A stretch of 64,000 nucleotides of DNA, taken from NCBI GenBank assembly GCA_010093705.1, contig MU006091.1, positions 1,240,001-1,304,000 on the forward strand, given 5' to 3'. This DNA comes from Patellaria atrata CBS 101060 (Eukaryota). Of this stretch, positions 26,598 through 38,223 are shown piece by piece. The first letter of the stretch is position 1; each line of letters starts with the position of its first letter. The translations under genes were made by a program, and so were the position numbers. The notes under the pieces are model-generated. The model was not told where the DNA came from. It saw only the letters and a program-made list of their open reading frames with translations, and made no database searches.

Positions 26598-27264
26598 CAA
26601 CAACAACAACGACCTTCCCCCCTTCCCCCACACCCCCTTCCTCCGCGCCCTCACAACCCCCTCCGACCTCTCCGAGCCATCCTCCTTCCCCCCTCTCCCG
26701 CCACAGCCCGTACAGCCACCGGAGCTGTACAGCACGATGCTCCCCCCCCCCGGTCCCCGACAAGTGGCCCTTTTCATCGTGGCCCCCTCCCACGACCCTA
26801 CCTTCCGCGCCGCCCTCCTCACCCTTCCCACGCTGGCGCCGCACATGTCGGCGTACTTGAAGGACTGGCTCTGTCCCGCCACCCCCTCGGCCGTGGTGTT
26901 CGTCCCGTTCGCCGCGTCCCGCGAGGAGGGGAGGGTTGGGGTTTTCTCTGCCGCGAATGAGGGGGGGATTGGGAAGGGGGTTGGGGAGTGGTTCTCCGTT
27001 GGTTTCCCGCGACGTGGGGATGAGGAGGAGGATGTGGAGAGGGGACTGATGGGGAAGTGGTTGGAAGGGGGTGTGGAGAGGGGTGTGTTGAGGAGGGTGC
27101 AGATTCGGGAGGAGAAGATGGGGAGACTTGAGGAGTTGAGGGCGGGCTTTGAGGGGGTTGTTGAGATGGGGTGGATGGCGCATGGGGATGAGGTTTGGCC
27201 GTTTATGAAGGGGATTGATGGGGTCGTTGGGGAGACTTTGGCGGAAGAGGGGGTGGGTGCTTAG
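26457..27264 (+). CDS. Hypothetical protein, ~241 aa, with an N-terminal poly-Thr/poly-Asn tract
   Basis: Exon 26457-26469, intron 26470-26551 (GTACCA, GCTAAC branch, TACAG), exon 26552-27264 in the frame of the 175-aa ORF; spliced start MSNQANFSTTTTTTNNNNNNNNNNDLPPFPHTPFLRAL. Confidence 0.65.
26562..26610. repeat. Compound trinucleotide microsatellite (ACC)6(AAC)10
   Basis: Directly visible tandem repeat. Confidence 0.95.
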
Positions 27265-27707
27265 GTTGCTGGCGTCGTGGATGGCCCTTGGGCGGTTTAT
27301 CTGGTTCCGTGGGATCATTGGTGGTGCTGCTTCGTGTTGATCTTTTCTCTGGTTTATGGTCCCAGCTGGGTGATTTGCACGATTGAGGGGTTGGGCAGGA
27401 GGGGTTTTTTGGTTGCTGTTTAGCAGGGTGTCTGGTGTTTTCGGTGGAGGGATCGTTTGCTTGAGGACCTCTTTCGACGATTTGTACGATTTGATGATGG
27501 GTGAAAAGTGAGTTTTTAATTACGTTTTGTACTTCTATATCGACGAGGAGATGTCTTTCTTCCTCATACTAGCATAAGATGAGGATGATTAATCCACAAA
27601 TAATTTCTAATTGCAAAGAGAAAGTACAGTTATGCGATTATCGTTTGATCATAGTGAAATAAGTTTATGTATTGCTCCTGAATATGTACATAGTGCCAAT
27701 AAAGTGA

Positions 27708-28416
27708 TCATTCCGCCCTTCCCTCCCTCGGTCTAGCTACTGGAATCCATGGTGTGTATTTGGGCTTGGTCCTGAACGTCTTTAGTACGGTTTTGGTAGT
27801 ATAAGAATAGCTGAGGGTGAAACGTACGTGCTATAAGTCTTAAAGCCCGACCTACTCCAAGTCAAAGTCGGACGATGTTCCTTGGGCTCCCATTCCCGCA
27901 CCCTCGTCTGATTGATGGGGTCTTGTGTTGGTGGCTTATCCACTACGTACGACATCCAGGCGTGCCTATCATCGTAGCTTAGTATCATCCTCCTCAATCT
28001 CTTACATCCGTAACGTACCAGCCTGGCTCTATCTGAGACGGATCAAACTCTTTATCTTTGTAATCCACCCAGCGTGTCCTCACTAGCTTTCGTTACTATA
28101 GGGTTTGCGTCTTTTGCGGGTATACGAACATGGCAATTCCTCCGCCAGATTCTCGTAGAAGCTGTTGCCATATTTGTCTTTGCCGATGAATGTGCCCGCC
28201 TTGGTGTCACCCATATACTGTTTTCAACGCGATCCGAAGTCAATGGATTATGTTCTAGTCCAAGGAATGCCATGGATATCCGTACCTGCATCTGATGTGC
28301 GTACTCCTACAGTGCCCAATTGGTTAGCTTCAGGGTGTTCGAGCGAGTTCTGATTCGGTACATACCTTTAATCCTATTCTCCGCAGGTTGCGGAGCGTTC
28401 TCATAATGGTAGACAT
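27708..28416 (-). CDS. NDUFA12: NADH:ubiquinone oxidoreductase subunit NDUFA12 (B17.2), six exons
   Basis: Spliced product MSTIMRTLRNLRRIGLK|EYAHQMQ|YMGDTKAGTFIGKDKYGNSFYENLAEELP|LRTRWVDYKDKEFDPSQIEPGW|HAWMSYVVDKPP..GFKTYST|TKPKYTPW matches the family motifs. Confidence 0.93.
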
Positions 28417-28619
28417 GGTGGCGGTGGTATGAAGTGGGAAATAAGATGTCGCAACACCGCAAACGTTACGGTTGACGTTGAGATGCGGACTAAGATTGGA
28501 GCGAAAAGGGTTTAGCGTAGATTTCCACGATCATATCAAGCTTCCACTGCGACGAGATCATTAATACCTGACTTCGGAGTTTTGTTGATTTCAGATTAAT
28601 TATACAAGTCATTGGGATA

Positions 28620-30433
28620 ATGATAGTGCGGTCCTTCTCAAGATGCTCAAAAGCTAGAACTTTATGTCCCCAAACGTATCGGGTATCTGGTCGTAGAGCT
28701 TCAAGAAGGTACTCTACGTCCAATGCGCCAAATGGAACATATGGATCATTATCCTCAAGCCCGGCATCAATGCTAGGGAGTATCACATCAGAGCTAGATA
28801 AGATATCTCCAAGGTTTGAGGTCCAGCCAACACAAATCCAAATTTTACGGTCACCAAGCGAATTCTATGAGACTCTTAAAGTCAGTATTCATACTCCCTA
28901 CCCCTTTTTCTATGTATAATCTTGATAACATCCTTCAATCCTTTTCAATTAGTCATGGGGATCTAATATCTATGGAATCAAATGACTAATGATCGATAGA
29001 CCAAAATATCATTAGCTAAAAGGAGAGTATATCTTTCCACGCTCTATATTGGTAAAACTGAGCATGAATTGGTATGGAGGCATCCCGGATGCACCAAGAT
29101 AGACACTAAAGCCAACAGATATCAGTAATCAGGATGGCTCTACGCCACAATGCTGACCTCAAAGTCTCGTTTCTAACAGACGCCCTTCGCGGTACCCGGG
29201 AAACCCCCAAAGCTTCTTGTGCATCTCTTCTAGCACCACTCGTTGCGGAATTCGGTTCTGATAGAGTTGAAATCCGTATGTTTCATACGCCTAACTTGAC
29301 TGGCTTACGGAAAGCAATTGTTCCTCGACGAATCAATGAGGGATGGGGCCTCCAGCACATGAAGCTTTACGGAGTCGACGATGAAATAATCATGTCTGGG
29401 TGTGAGCTCCCGTACTATCTTGAAATCAATTGCAATCTTGTGGTCTAACTATCACCACAGAGCAAACTTATCAGACGACTATTTCACCAACCGCCAGGAT
29501 AGATATCACGTCTTCTCTTCCAAGAGGATCACAGACTACTTCAAGCGTGTCCACGACGCCGTCAGCGAGCTCAGCTACAGGATCCTCCCCGCCCCAGAGA
29601 ACCCAGCCGGCTACCAAATGGTCTGGCCAGCCGACAACCCTGGCCCCTCGCCCCTAACAGACATATGCGGTTTCAAAACCCAAGCAACCAAATCCCTAAC
29701 CCCCCTCTTACAACCATCCTCCCTCCCCTCCCCAAACCCCCAATCCAACACTATTATCTACCCCCTCCTCCAATTCACCCCCCTCCTCGACCCCGACACC
29801 TCAACCGAGCTCCCCGCCCTCCGCACTATCCTCAAAAAGCTCGCCACCCCCTCCCTCGCACACTCCTCCTGGACCTTCACAGCCGGCTACTTCAACATGA
29901 CGCCCGAAGTGCGCGGTCTCCTCCTCGCCACGCGTCCCGCGCGCGCAACCGTCATCGCCGCCTCGCCCTGGGCCAACGGCTTCTACGGCAGTAGCGGCGT
30001 CTCCGGCATGCTGCCGGCGGCCTACACTTTGCTCTCGCGGCGGTTCCTGGACGCGGTCGCGCGGGTCGGGCTGGGGGAGCGGGTTGTGCTGAAGGAGTGG
30101 CGCCGTGGCACGGTCAATGAGGAGGGCGGGTGGACGTATCATGCGAAGGGGTTGTGGGTTACGCTTCCAGGGGATCAGGGGGTAGGGCCGAGTGTGGCGT
30201 TGGTGGGGAGTAGTAATTATACGGCTAGGAGTTATCGTTTGGATCTGGAGGCTAATGCGTTGGTTGTGACGGAGGATCAGGGGTTGATGGGACGGTTGAG
30301 GGAGGAGGAGGAGTGGTTGCAAGAGTTTGCGGGTGTGGTTGGGGAGGAGGAGTTTAGGAGGACAGAGAGGAGGGTGGGATTGCATGTTAGGGTTGCTATG
30401 TGGATTGTCACTGTGCTGGGTGGGGCGTTGTAG
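28620..30433 (+). CDS. PGS1: Mitochondrial phosphatidylglycerophosphate synthase (PLD superfamily)
   Basis: Arg/Ser-rich presequence; LSTLYIG, LTDALRGTRE, GWGLQHMKLYGVDD, SGANLSDDYFTNRQDRY, GWTYHAKGLW, VGSSNY; three introns. Confidence 0.93.
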
Positions 30434-31619
30434 GTGGAGTGAGGGGAAAGGGGTGTAGGATATGTGGACTTGTTACTAACTTCGTATTTGTGGAGTCATT
30501 TTTTAGAGGTTGAACTCCACCTCTGGGAGGATTTGGTACATTCGGGCTTCTATGATAGCTCTAAACTATACGAAAGAGCCTTATTAGAGCTAACACAACC
30601 CTATCCAAAGATACAATAACACCCCCTTCTCCTTCCCGCCCAGCCAGTAAATCTTAGGCCAATTGATAGACCATGTCCCTCCCCTCTCTGCGATCTCACC
30701 TCCCTCAAATCCACCAATCTCCCATCTAGTTTGCAATGCGCTTGCTATATCCAACGAAGCGTACGTGCAGTACAATATAGTCCAGGTTCTTTGGTAAGAC
30801 TGCAGGCGTGTTTCGTGATGTGGTGGCGTTTGTAGGCTGGGTTGTGCTTGTACAATGTTCTGTTGTATAGGTATATCAGGGATGCTTGGGAGGGTTGAGA
30901 GGGGAAGGGAAAGGACGGATCGGGGTGTTTGTCTGGTTGTGGAGAGTAAGGCGGATGGGGAGTGCCCTAAGTAGATATCAGCGATACGGTAATAGTATGG
31001 TAAATTAAGGGATTGGAAGGAATGAACCGAGTGGGATGGGACTGGGGGGTGTAGGGATATGGAAGGAGATGTGGGATATATGTATAGGGAGGACAGGAGG
31101 GGAGGGGTTTGTGAAAGTGTAAGGTAGGTGGTGTTCCAATTGGAAGGCATGGGCGGTGCTTGGGAAGGCGATATTTTGAGATAGGATAAGTACTACTCCA
31201 AGGAGTTGACGATCGAGGAAGATGTTATATTCACAGCCTTGGCTCAGGGGTGGGCTCGTCCAGATAGGTGCATGTTTGAATCAAGGGAAAAAAGGGAAGT
31301 ACTCAAGGTTAGAATAGCAAAGACAGGTAGATGTTAAAACAATGCATTGTTGGCTCTATACTAAATACTAAGCCATCTGCCCTATTCGCAGAAATAATGG
31401 TATTCAATCGACAGACTAGTCGTTAACAGAGCAATTCTCTCCATCAAGAGACCCCATATTGGGTCCCTCCCAACTTCCTTCCACAACACCTCCTACTTCC
31501 TCGCGAGCTCATTCCCCAACACCTCGAATACAACCTCACTCAACTTCTCTCTAACCTTAATCCCAACCCCCCCGGACAACGCAATCCCATCCATCCTAGC
31601 CACATCACTTTCCCTCATC

Positions 31620-32711
31620 TCAACCGGCGTGACGGCCTTTCACCAGGACCTCCCTATCAAGGCCCTTAACCTGAGCCAAGCACTTCCTCGGCGCAAGGTA
31701 GAACTCCCCGTCCCCGCTCATCCCCTTCCAAAAAATCCCAACCCAGCCCTTACACTTGCCCTCAGCATCCTGGTAGAACGGGACGTGAACGAAATACTCG
31801 AAACGGAACTGCGCGCACTCCCACAGAAGGAAATTGACCATGTCCGGGCTGTCGGCCGGACTGAGCCAGTCCTTGATCTGGACCGTCAGATCCTCGACGC
31901 GGGCGGGATCGACGGCCCAGAGCGTGGTGTGCGCCAGGACTCGCTTTGGGTCGGACTCCTTGGGCTTTGGTCTCAGTCGTAGCTTTAGTGTTATCTTTGG
32001 CTGCGGGTTGGACGTTGCTGGCGTCCTGGTCGTTCCTTGCGCCTTGGCTACCTCGAGGGCCTTGAGCGAGGACTTGCGGGCACACTTGGAGACGCGTGTT
32101 TGTTGAGGGCTTGGGTGGTGCTTTTGGGGGGTCGAGGGTACTGGAGCGTTGCGTCTGCCCGTTCGGCCGCGGCCTGAGCCTGCTAGGGTCCTGGAAGACA
32201 TCTTTACGGTATGATTGGAATTGAGACTTTTTTCGGATTCGGTGGTAGAGTTTGATGTGACGGGGGACTGTGTCCGACTGAGGTGTTCAGGTTGTTGAAT
32301 ATCTTCTACCCCTTTTGCAGATGCAGATGAGGTTGTAGTTCGTGTTCGATCCACGAGTTCTAGGTCATGGTGTATGAGATTGTTAATTGCGAGAGCGTCT
32401 TGTGGATTTCGAGTGCGATGTGTAAGGTTGAGGGGGTTGGTGTTTTGAATCTGAGTTTGATTGAATGTTGGCATAGAAGGTTGAGGACTTGGTTTAGCTG
32501 CAGTTCCCCTTTCTCGACTGTGCTGACTCTGATTATCTTGTGATTCAAGCCATGAATTTGGCTTGTAGAATATGAAATCTATTGGTGAAGTGGAAACTGA
32601 GATTGACGGATGGTTCCCCTGAGTTTGAGTAAGGTGGCGGGGAGGCACGGGGTTGGATACTGAAGTGTCGGAATTAGGGGTCACGGGGAACGAAGACATA
32701 AGTCTTGTCAT
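31620..32711 (-). CDS. Hypothetical protein (up to 363 aa); disordered basic N-terminus, compact aromatic C-terminal region
   Basis: Uninterrupted 1.1 kb ORF; the real start could be the internal MSSRTLAG; no recognised family. Confidence 0.5.
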   Translation of the reverse strand: MTRLMSSFPVTPNSDTSVSNPVPPRHLTQTQGNHPSISVSTSPIDFIFYKPNSWLESQDNQSQHSRERGTAAKPSPQPSMPTFNQTQIQNTNPLNLTHRTRNPQDALAINNLIHHDLELVDRTRTTTSSASAKGVEDIQQPEHLSRTQSPVTSNSTTESEKSLNSNHTVKMSSRTLAGSGRGRTGRRNAPVPSTPQKHHPSPQQTRVSKCARKSSLKALEVAKAQGTTRTPATSNPQPKITLKLRLRPKPKESDPKRVLAHTTLWAVDPARVEDLTVQIKDWLSPADSPDMVNFLLWECAQFRFEYFVHVPFYQDAEGKCKGWVGIFWKGMSGDGEFYLAPRKCLAQVKGLDREVLVKGRHAG

Positions 32712-34399
32712 CGCCGCAAGATGTTCTCCTTGCAGAGGTTGTTTTTTGTTTATGATTGTGAACGATGAGAGGTGTCAATATCTCTCAGAGGGGACAGATT
32801 TTGAATAGGTGTGGGATTAGGAAATTGACTGAAAAGGCCACTCCTGTACAGTACCATCCCTTCGTCAGACTGGTTCAAAATTGAAATAGTTGTAATGGCA
32901 CAAGACCTTTCTGGATTGCTTATGCTAGCGAGAACATGTCGAAATACAAAAAGTCATAGCCCCGGACACATTCTGGAAGTGTAATTGTAGTTCCTCCGGA
33001 AGGTTTATGCTTAATACATCGGATCGTGAAGGTATAGTGCCGACCTCCCGACAAACGTTATGTTTGATTGAGTACACATTTCGATGGATCATACTGAAGT
33101 GATAATCATACTCTACTGTTGGCTTTTTCTTTGAATTACAGCTCCAAATCACTTGTAAGTAAATTTAGAATAGCTGAGGATTAGGTGACAACCAGGGACG
33201 ATAACAAGTGAGCATAGGAACATCAACGAATACACGATATAGTTATAGGGCAAATCTTGGATGACTAATTAGCAAATAAAGGGTTTGACTCGGTGATTAT
33301 TCTTTCTTAAGCAAGTCGACGTTCTGCACTGTGATGAGCGAGATAAAAATGCGCTTAAAAGTTCCTACATTGTGTCTGTTTGTCCCAAATTTCAATTCAA
33401 AACCCAATGCGTTCTTCTATGTCGGTATTGCCCGGTAGTATACACATTTGGGGCATATATACCTTTGTGTTGTTAAACGATCTTCATTGTGTTCAGACTA
33501 TGTCCTTTGACCTTCGCCATCTCATCGTCCGGATTGACCGACCATCCTGACGAATATCATTACTGAAATTAAACTTCTTCTAGTAGATATTGTTCATCAG
33601 AGTCATGGATTGTGATGATAGTCTGATAATGGAAGTTTTGAGATGGAACGGGATAAAATTGAGTATTCCATCTGAGGATGCTATGCTCCATTCGTAGCGA
33701 TATCAGACGGGTGGTCCAGATGCGCCATTCAGGTTTCGCTGCGTACAGAGATCAACGGCGTATTGCCTCCAACGGTTCATAAGAGGTCACGCACGCAATC
33801 ACTAGTGACTTTAAACGCTTGACTACAGTTAGGCAAAATCGCCTCTTCCATCCATTCATCCTCTTACATTTTCGCGCGAGGAAGATGAAAATTTTCAACG
33901 GCGGCGGAAAAAACCAAGTAGATCTCGTGTGAGATTCAGTACAGAGTAGGGCATTGTACAGTGGCAGAGGTACAGTAGAGTAGTTTCTCGATAAGGATGG
34001 GACGGGAGCAAGGGAGTCTTCACGTTGAACTGGAAGTATTAAGGTACAGAGGGCAGAGGGTAGAGGCGGCTTTGGGCCTTCTTAACAGATTCAAATGATA
34101 CCTAATAAAACAACAGTAACAGCTGAGTCACCTCAACAGTCGAGGTTAGCACGTGGTTAGTAAAGGTTAGTGAATACCTTACCTAACAGTACCCATGTCC
34201 GGTACTGTAACGCTGATACCGAAGTGGCCCGTTTACATCACGCACTTTGTGAGTGGAGGCACTAACCACCTTTGTAGGGTAGCGAGGAAATTCTTTGGGG
34301 ACAACACCTGCACCGTCAAACTCCCAACCTTTACAACTTCTACAATCCTCACCAAATCCCTCACCTAGAAAATTCCCTTCCTCTCCAAACTTCCTCATC

Positions 34400-35921
34400 A
34401 TGGCCGAACCCATCAGGAATAAGAAAGTCGACAACATCACCGCACCGTACGTCTGCACATTCCTTAGTTCTGCCTCAACTGCTTCCCCGCCGCGCCCCTC
34501 CCTTTGAGAGATATCACCGCCCCTCAGCAGTCTCAAACACGCAACTGACATTAACATGGCTACTAGGACTCCTCAGAACACACCTGCAAATGCAGCCCCG
34601 ATATCTTCAAGAGCACAACAGCCCGGTGTAGCAAGTATCAAAGAAGGTGAGTTAAAATTTGCCCTAGAAGCCTTGGATGTTGCGCGTCTGGAGCCACTCA
34701 AGCTAACCAGATTCTTCACCGCTAGAGGACCTCGACCGCGCTGCTGCAGCGTCTTTATTTGCACAGAATCCCGCACTCGTCTCCATGATTCAAGGCAAGC
34801 TTGGCTCGCTCGTCGGCCGTTCATCTGGTTACATTGAGTCGTTACCTCCGATCGTTCGTCGTCGCGTTGCGGGACTCAAGGGTGTCCAGAAGGAGCATTC
34901 AAAGTTAGAAGCAGATTTCCAAGAAGAAGTATTGCAACTTGAGAAGAAATACTTCGCCAAATTCACACCTCTTTATGAGAAGCGTTCTAAGATCGTCAAC
35001 GGTGCTGCGGAACCAACGGAAGATGAAGTGAAGGCAGGAAAGAATGAGGATGAAGCAGAATCCGAGGAGACCGAGAAAGTCGAAGAGACTGGAGAGGCCC
35101 CTAAGGGTATCCCAGAGTTCTGGCTGTCCGCGATGAAGAATCAAATCTCTTTGGCAGAGATGATCACCGATCGAGACGAGCAAGCTCTCAAGTCTTTGAC
35201 CGATATTCGAATGGAATACCTTGATCGTCCTGGATTCCGCTTAATCTTCGAGTTTGCTGAGAACGAATATTTCACCAATAAGACAATCACCAAGTCTTAT
35301 TTCTACCAAGAGGAGAATGGTTACGGTGGAGATTTCATCTACGATCATGCAGAGGGTGACAAGATCGATTGGAAAGCAAACAAGGATCTGACCGTCAAGA
35401 TCGAAAGCAAGAAGCAGCGGAATAAGAGTAAGTACAGCACAGATACTGGGAACTTACCTTAACTGACATCATTCTCTTCTAGACACCAAGCAGACTCGTG
35501 TAGTCAAGAAGACAGTTCCCACCGAATCATTCTTCAACTTCTTCAACCCCCCAAAGCCTCCAACTGATGAGGATGATGATGAGGTTTCATCTGATATCGA
35601 GGAGCGCCTCGAACTCGATTACCAACTTGGCGAAGATATCAAGGAAAAGCTCATTCCTCGTGCTATTGATTGGTTTACCGGTGAAGCGCTTCAGTTTGAG
35701 CAGCTTGATGACTTCGACGAGGGAGAGTTTGAGGATGAGGACGATGAGGAGGAAGATGACCTGAGTGAAGACCGCGATGATGATGAGGACTCAGATGAAG
35801 GCGTACGTATAACCTCTTTACAGTCATGAAAAGCTAACTTGGGAATCTGCCCTCTAACATGGTTACATAGGACGATGGCTCTAAGCCTAAGCAAGAAGCT
35901 GCAGAGTGCAAGCAAAGCTAG
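34400..35921 (+). CDS. NAP1: Nucleosome assembly protein 1 (histone chaperone)
   Basis: [16 protein letters not shown] start; [51 protein letters not shown]; acidic tail; C-terminal CKQS CaaX-type motif. Confidence 0.95.
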
Positions 35922-36482
35922 AGGACATGCGAAGACACAGATGGACGATGACTAAATGAAGCCAGCAAAGTCTTACGCTTCATAATCATCAGCCCAGTTA
36001 TTCATGGTCTCGGCTCTAATGAACTGCTCTAATGAACTGCTGTACATCTAAACTTGTCCTTTACGTTTTATGTCCCACGGTTCTTCTCTTGCATTACACG
36101 GCATAGTAGTAATTTCCACTGCTTGATTCTAGGGTCTAGAAGCTGAAAGCGTCATGCACCAAATCTCAAAAATTCTTTCCTTTAATGATGTGGGTTCAAG
36201 TTTACGTACAAGTAGCTCAGGGTGGAGGCGTAATTCGAATGGGATACGGGGTGCGGTTTTCGGAACAGGGGATCTTGCTGGATTTTAGAAAGATCGTAGT
36301 AACGAACCATATTCCAACAATAGCACTTTCAGCTTGAGTAATCTTCTTTATTAATTTACATGAAGCCTAAGGTAATTTATGCCCCAATGGAGAGGCCGGA
36401 ATCCGTGAGAAATTTTGACGTGCCACGATGGCATCATACTTTTCGAAGAGCTTGTTGTTAGCTAGCGCATGCTACCACTTCC

Positions 36483-36507
36483 TTTTTTTTTTTTTTTGGT
36501 TGACTCA
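36483..36507 (+). promoter_or_regulatory. Poly(dT)15 tract adjacent to a Gcn4/CpcA-type element TGACTCA
   Basis: T15 at 36483-36497 and TGACTCA at 36501-36507, ~90 nt upstream of the serine-biosynthesis gene ATG. Confidence 0.65.
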
Positions 36508-36597
36508 GAACAAAAGATCGTTCTTCATTTAGCTTTAGAAGACCGTCCTCTACAAACGATTTTGATAATTGCTATAGATATTCATTCTAAAATCATC

Positions 36598-38223
36598 ATG
36601 ACTCCTCCGAAAGATATTCCATACCGAGTGGACATGGCTCGATCTGTTTCGAATAGTTTGAGCCTGTCCACATCCCCCACTTCGCACTTCCACTCCCCGC
36701 CTTCTAGCTTCAAAGACAGGCCCCAGTACAACAAACAGCTTAAGCCCTTTCAAAGGGAGAGCATCAAGGTCCTGCTACTGGAAAATGTAAATCAAACAGG
36801 AAGGGATATTCTAGAACAGCAAGGCTATCAGGTTGAATTTCTCAAATCCTCACTACCAGAGGACCAATTGATTCAGAAGATTCGGTGCGCATATCCATTC
36901 ATCACTTGCTCGCTGTATACTAGAACGACAAATGCTAATTGAAATAGAGATGTCCATGTCATCGGCATCCGTTCCAAAACAAAGCTCACAGAGAACGTCT
37001 TGAAACACGCGAGGAACCTCATTGTCATCGGTTGCTTCTGCATCGGCACCAATCAAGTCGACCTCCAGTACGCAGCACGCAATGGCATTGCGGTCTTCAA
37101 TTCACCTTTCAGTAACTCCCGCAGCGTTGCAGAGCTAGTAATCGCCGAAGTAATCGCTTTAGCCCGGCAACTCGGTGACCGTTCTATGGAGTTACATAAT
37201 GGTGTATGGAACAAGGTCAGCAATGGCTGCTGGGAAATCAGAGGAAAGACTCTCGGAATCGTCGGATACGGTCATATTGGAAGTCAACTATCCGTACTAG
37301 CCGAATCAATGGGCATGTCAGTCATATATTACGATGTTGTTAATTTGATGTCGATGGGAACCGCAAGGCAGGTCTCCAGTCTCGAGGAACTATTGGGCGC
37401 TGCAGACTTCGTATCTCTCCACGTCCCAGAACTACCCGAAACGAAGAACCTATTCACCTCCAAGCAGTTCGAGCAGATGAAGAACGGATCATACTTGATC
37501 AATAACAGCCGCGGTAGCGTCGTGGAAATTGCAGCTCTAGTAGATGCTATGCGGACCGGTAAAGTGGCAGGCGCAGCTCTCGACGTGTATCCCAACGAAC
37601 CAGGTGGGAATGGACCGTACTTCAGTAACGAGTTGAATTCGTGGACGGCGGATCTGACCAAGTTGAAAAACGTTATTCTTACCCCACACATTGGTGGTAG
37701 CACTGAAGAGGCTCAGAGCGCTATCGGCATCGAAGTCGCCAACGCATTGGTTAGGTTTGTTAATGAAGGCGCAACTCTTGGTGCGGTCAACATGCCGGAG
37801 GTCAATCTACGTTCTTTAACTCTAGATGAGCCCAACCATGTGCGAGTGATTTTTATCCATAAGAACGTCCCAGGTGTATTGAGAAGAGGTAATAATTCTA
37901 TATCGTTCAAGTATTATCCACCCTGCTAACATACGTAGTGAACTCCATTCTGGGTAATCACAACGTCGATAAACAGATGACTGATAGTAGAGGCGAGGTA
38001 AGAAAGCACTTAATTCACTCCGCAGAGGGTTGAGCATAAGCTTACATTGGGATAATAGGTAGCGTATCTGATGGCGGATATAAGTGATGTAGACCAAGGT
38101 GAAATAAAAGATTTATACCAGAGTCTAGAGGAGGATTCCTGTAAGTGACTGCTGTATCTCGCTGATTGCAATCGGTCATGCTCACTGTCCATAGCAAGAA
38201 TCCGCGTGCGAGTCCTTTACTAG
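36598..38223 (+). CDS. SER33: D-3-phosphoglycerate dehydrogenase
   Basis: IKVLLLENVNQTG, IGIRSKTKLT, GCFCIGTNQVDL, Rossmann motif GIVGYGHIG, LTPHIGGSTEEAQ, C-terminal ACT-like region (HKNVPGVLR); ends RVRVLY-TAG. Confidence 0.95.

Noticed and set aside
26532..27318. Minus-strand ORFs of 252 and 116 aa with poly-V/G/L
   Set aside because: Antisense readings of the microsatellite and skewed DNA; splice signals support the plus-strand gene
30590..31150. 186-aa minus-strand ORF
   Set aside because: Low-complexity S/P/L then G-rich translation that tracks the skew domain; no recognisable motif
33868..33912. CGCGAAA and AAAATTTT motifs upstream of NAP1
   Set aside because: Single short matches ~500 nt from the ATG; not distinguishable from chance without conservation data
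36013..36041. 13-bp tandem duplication in the NAP1 3' region; similar CTGCAGCTTT x3 at ~49915-49955
   Set aside because: Ordinary local duplications with no element between them to suggest target-site duplications
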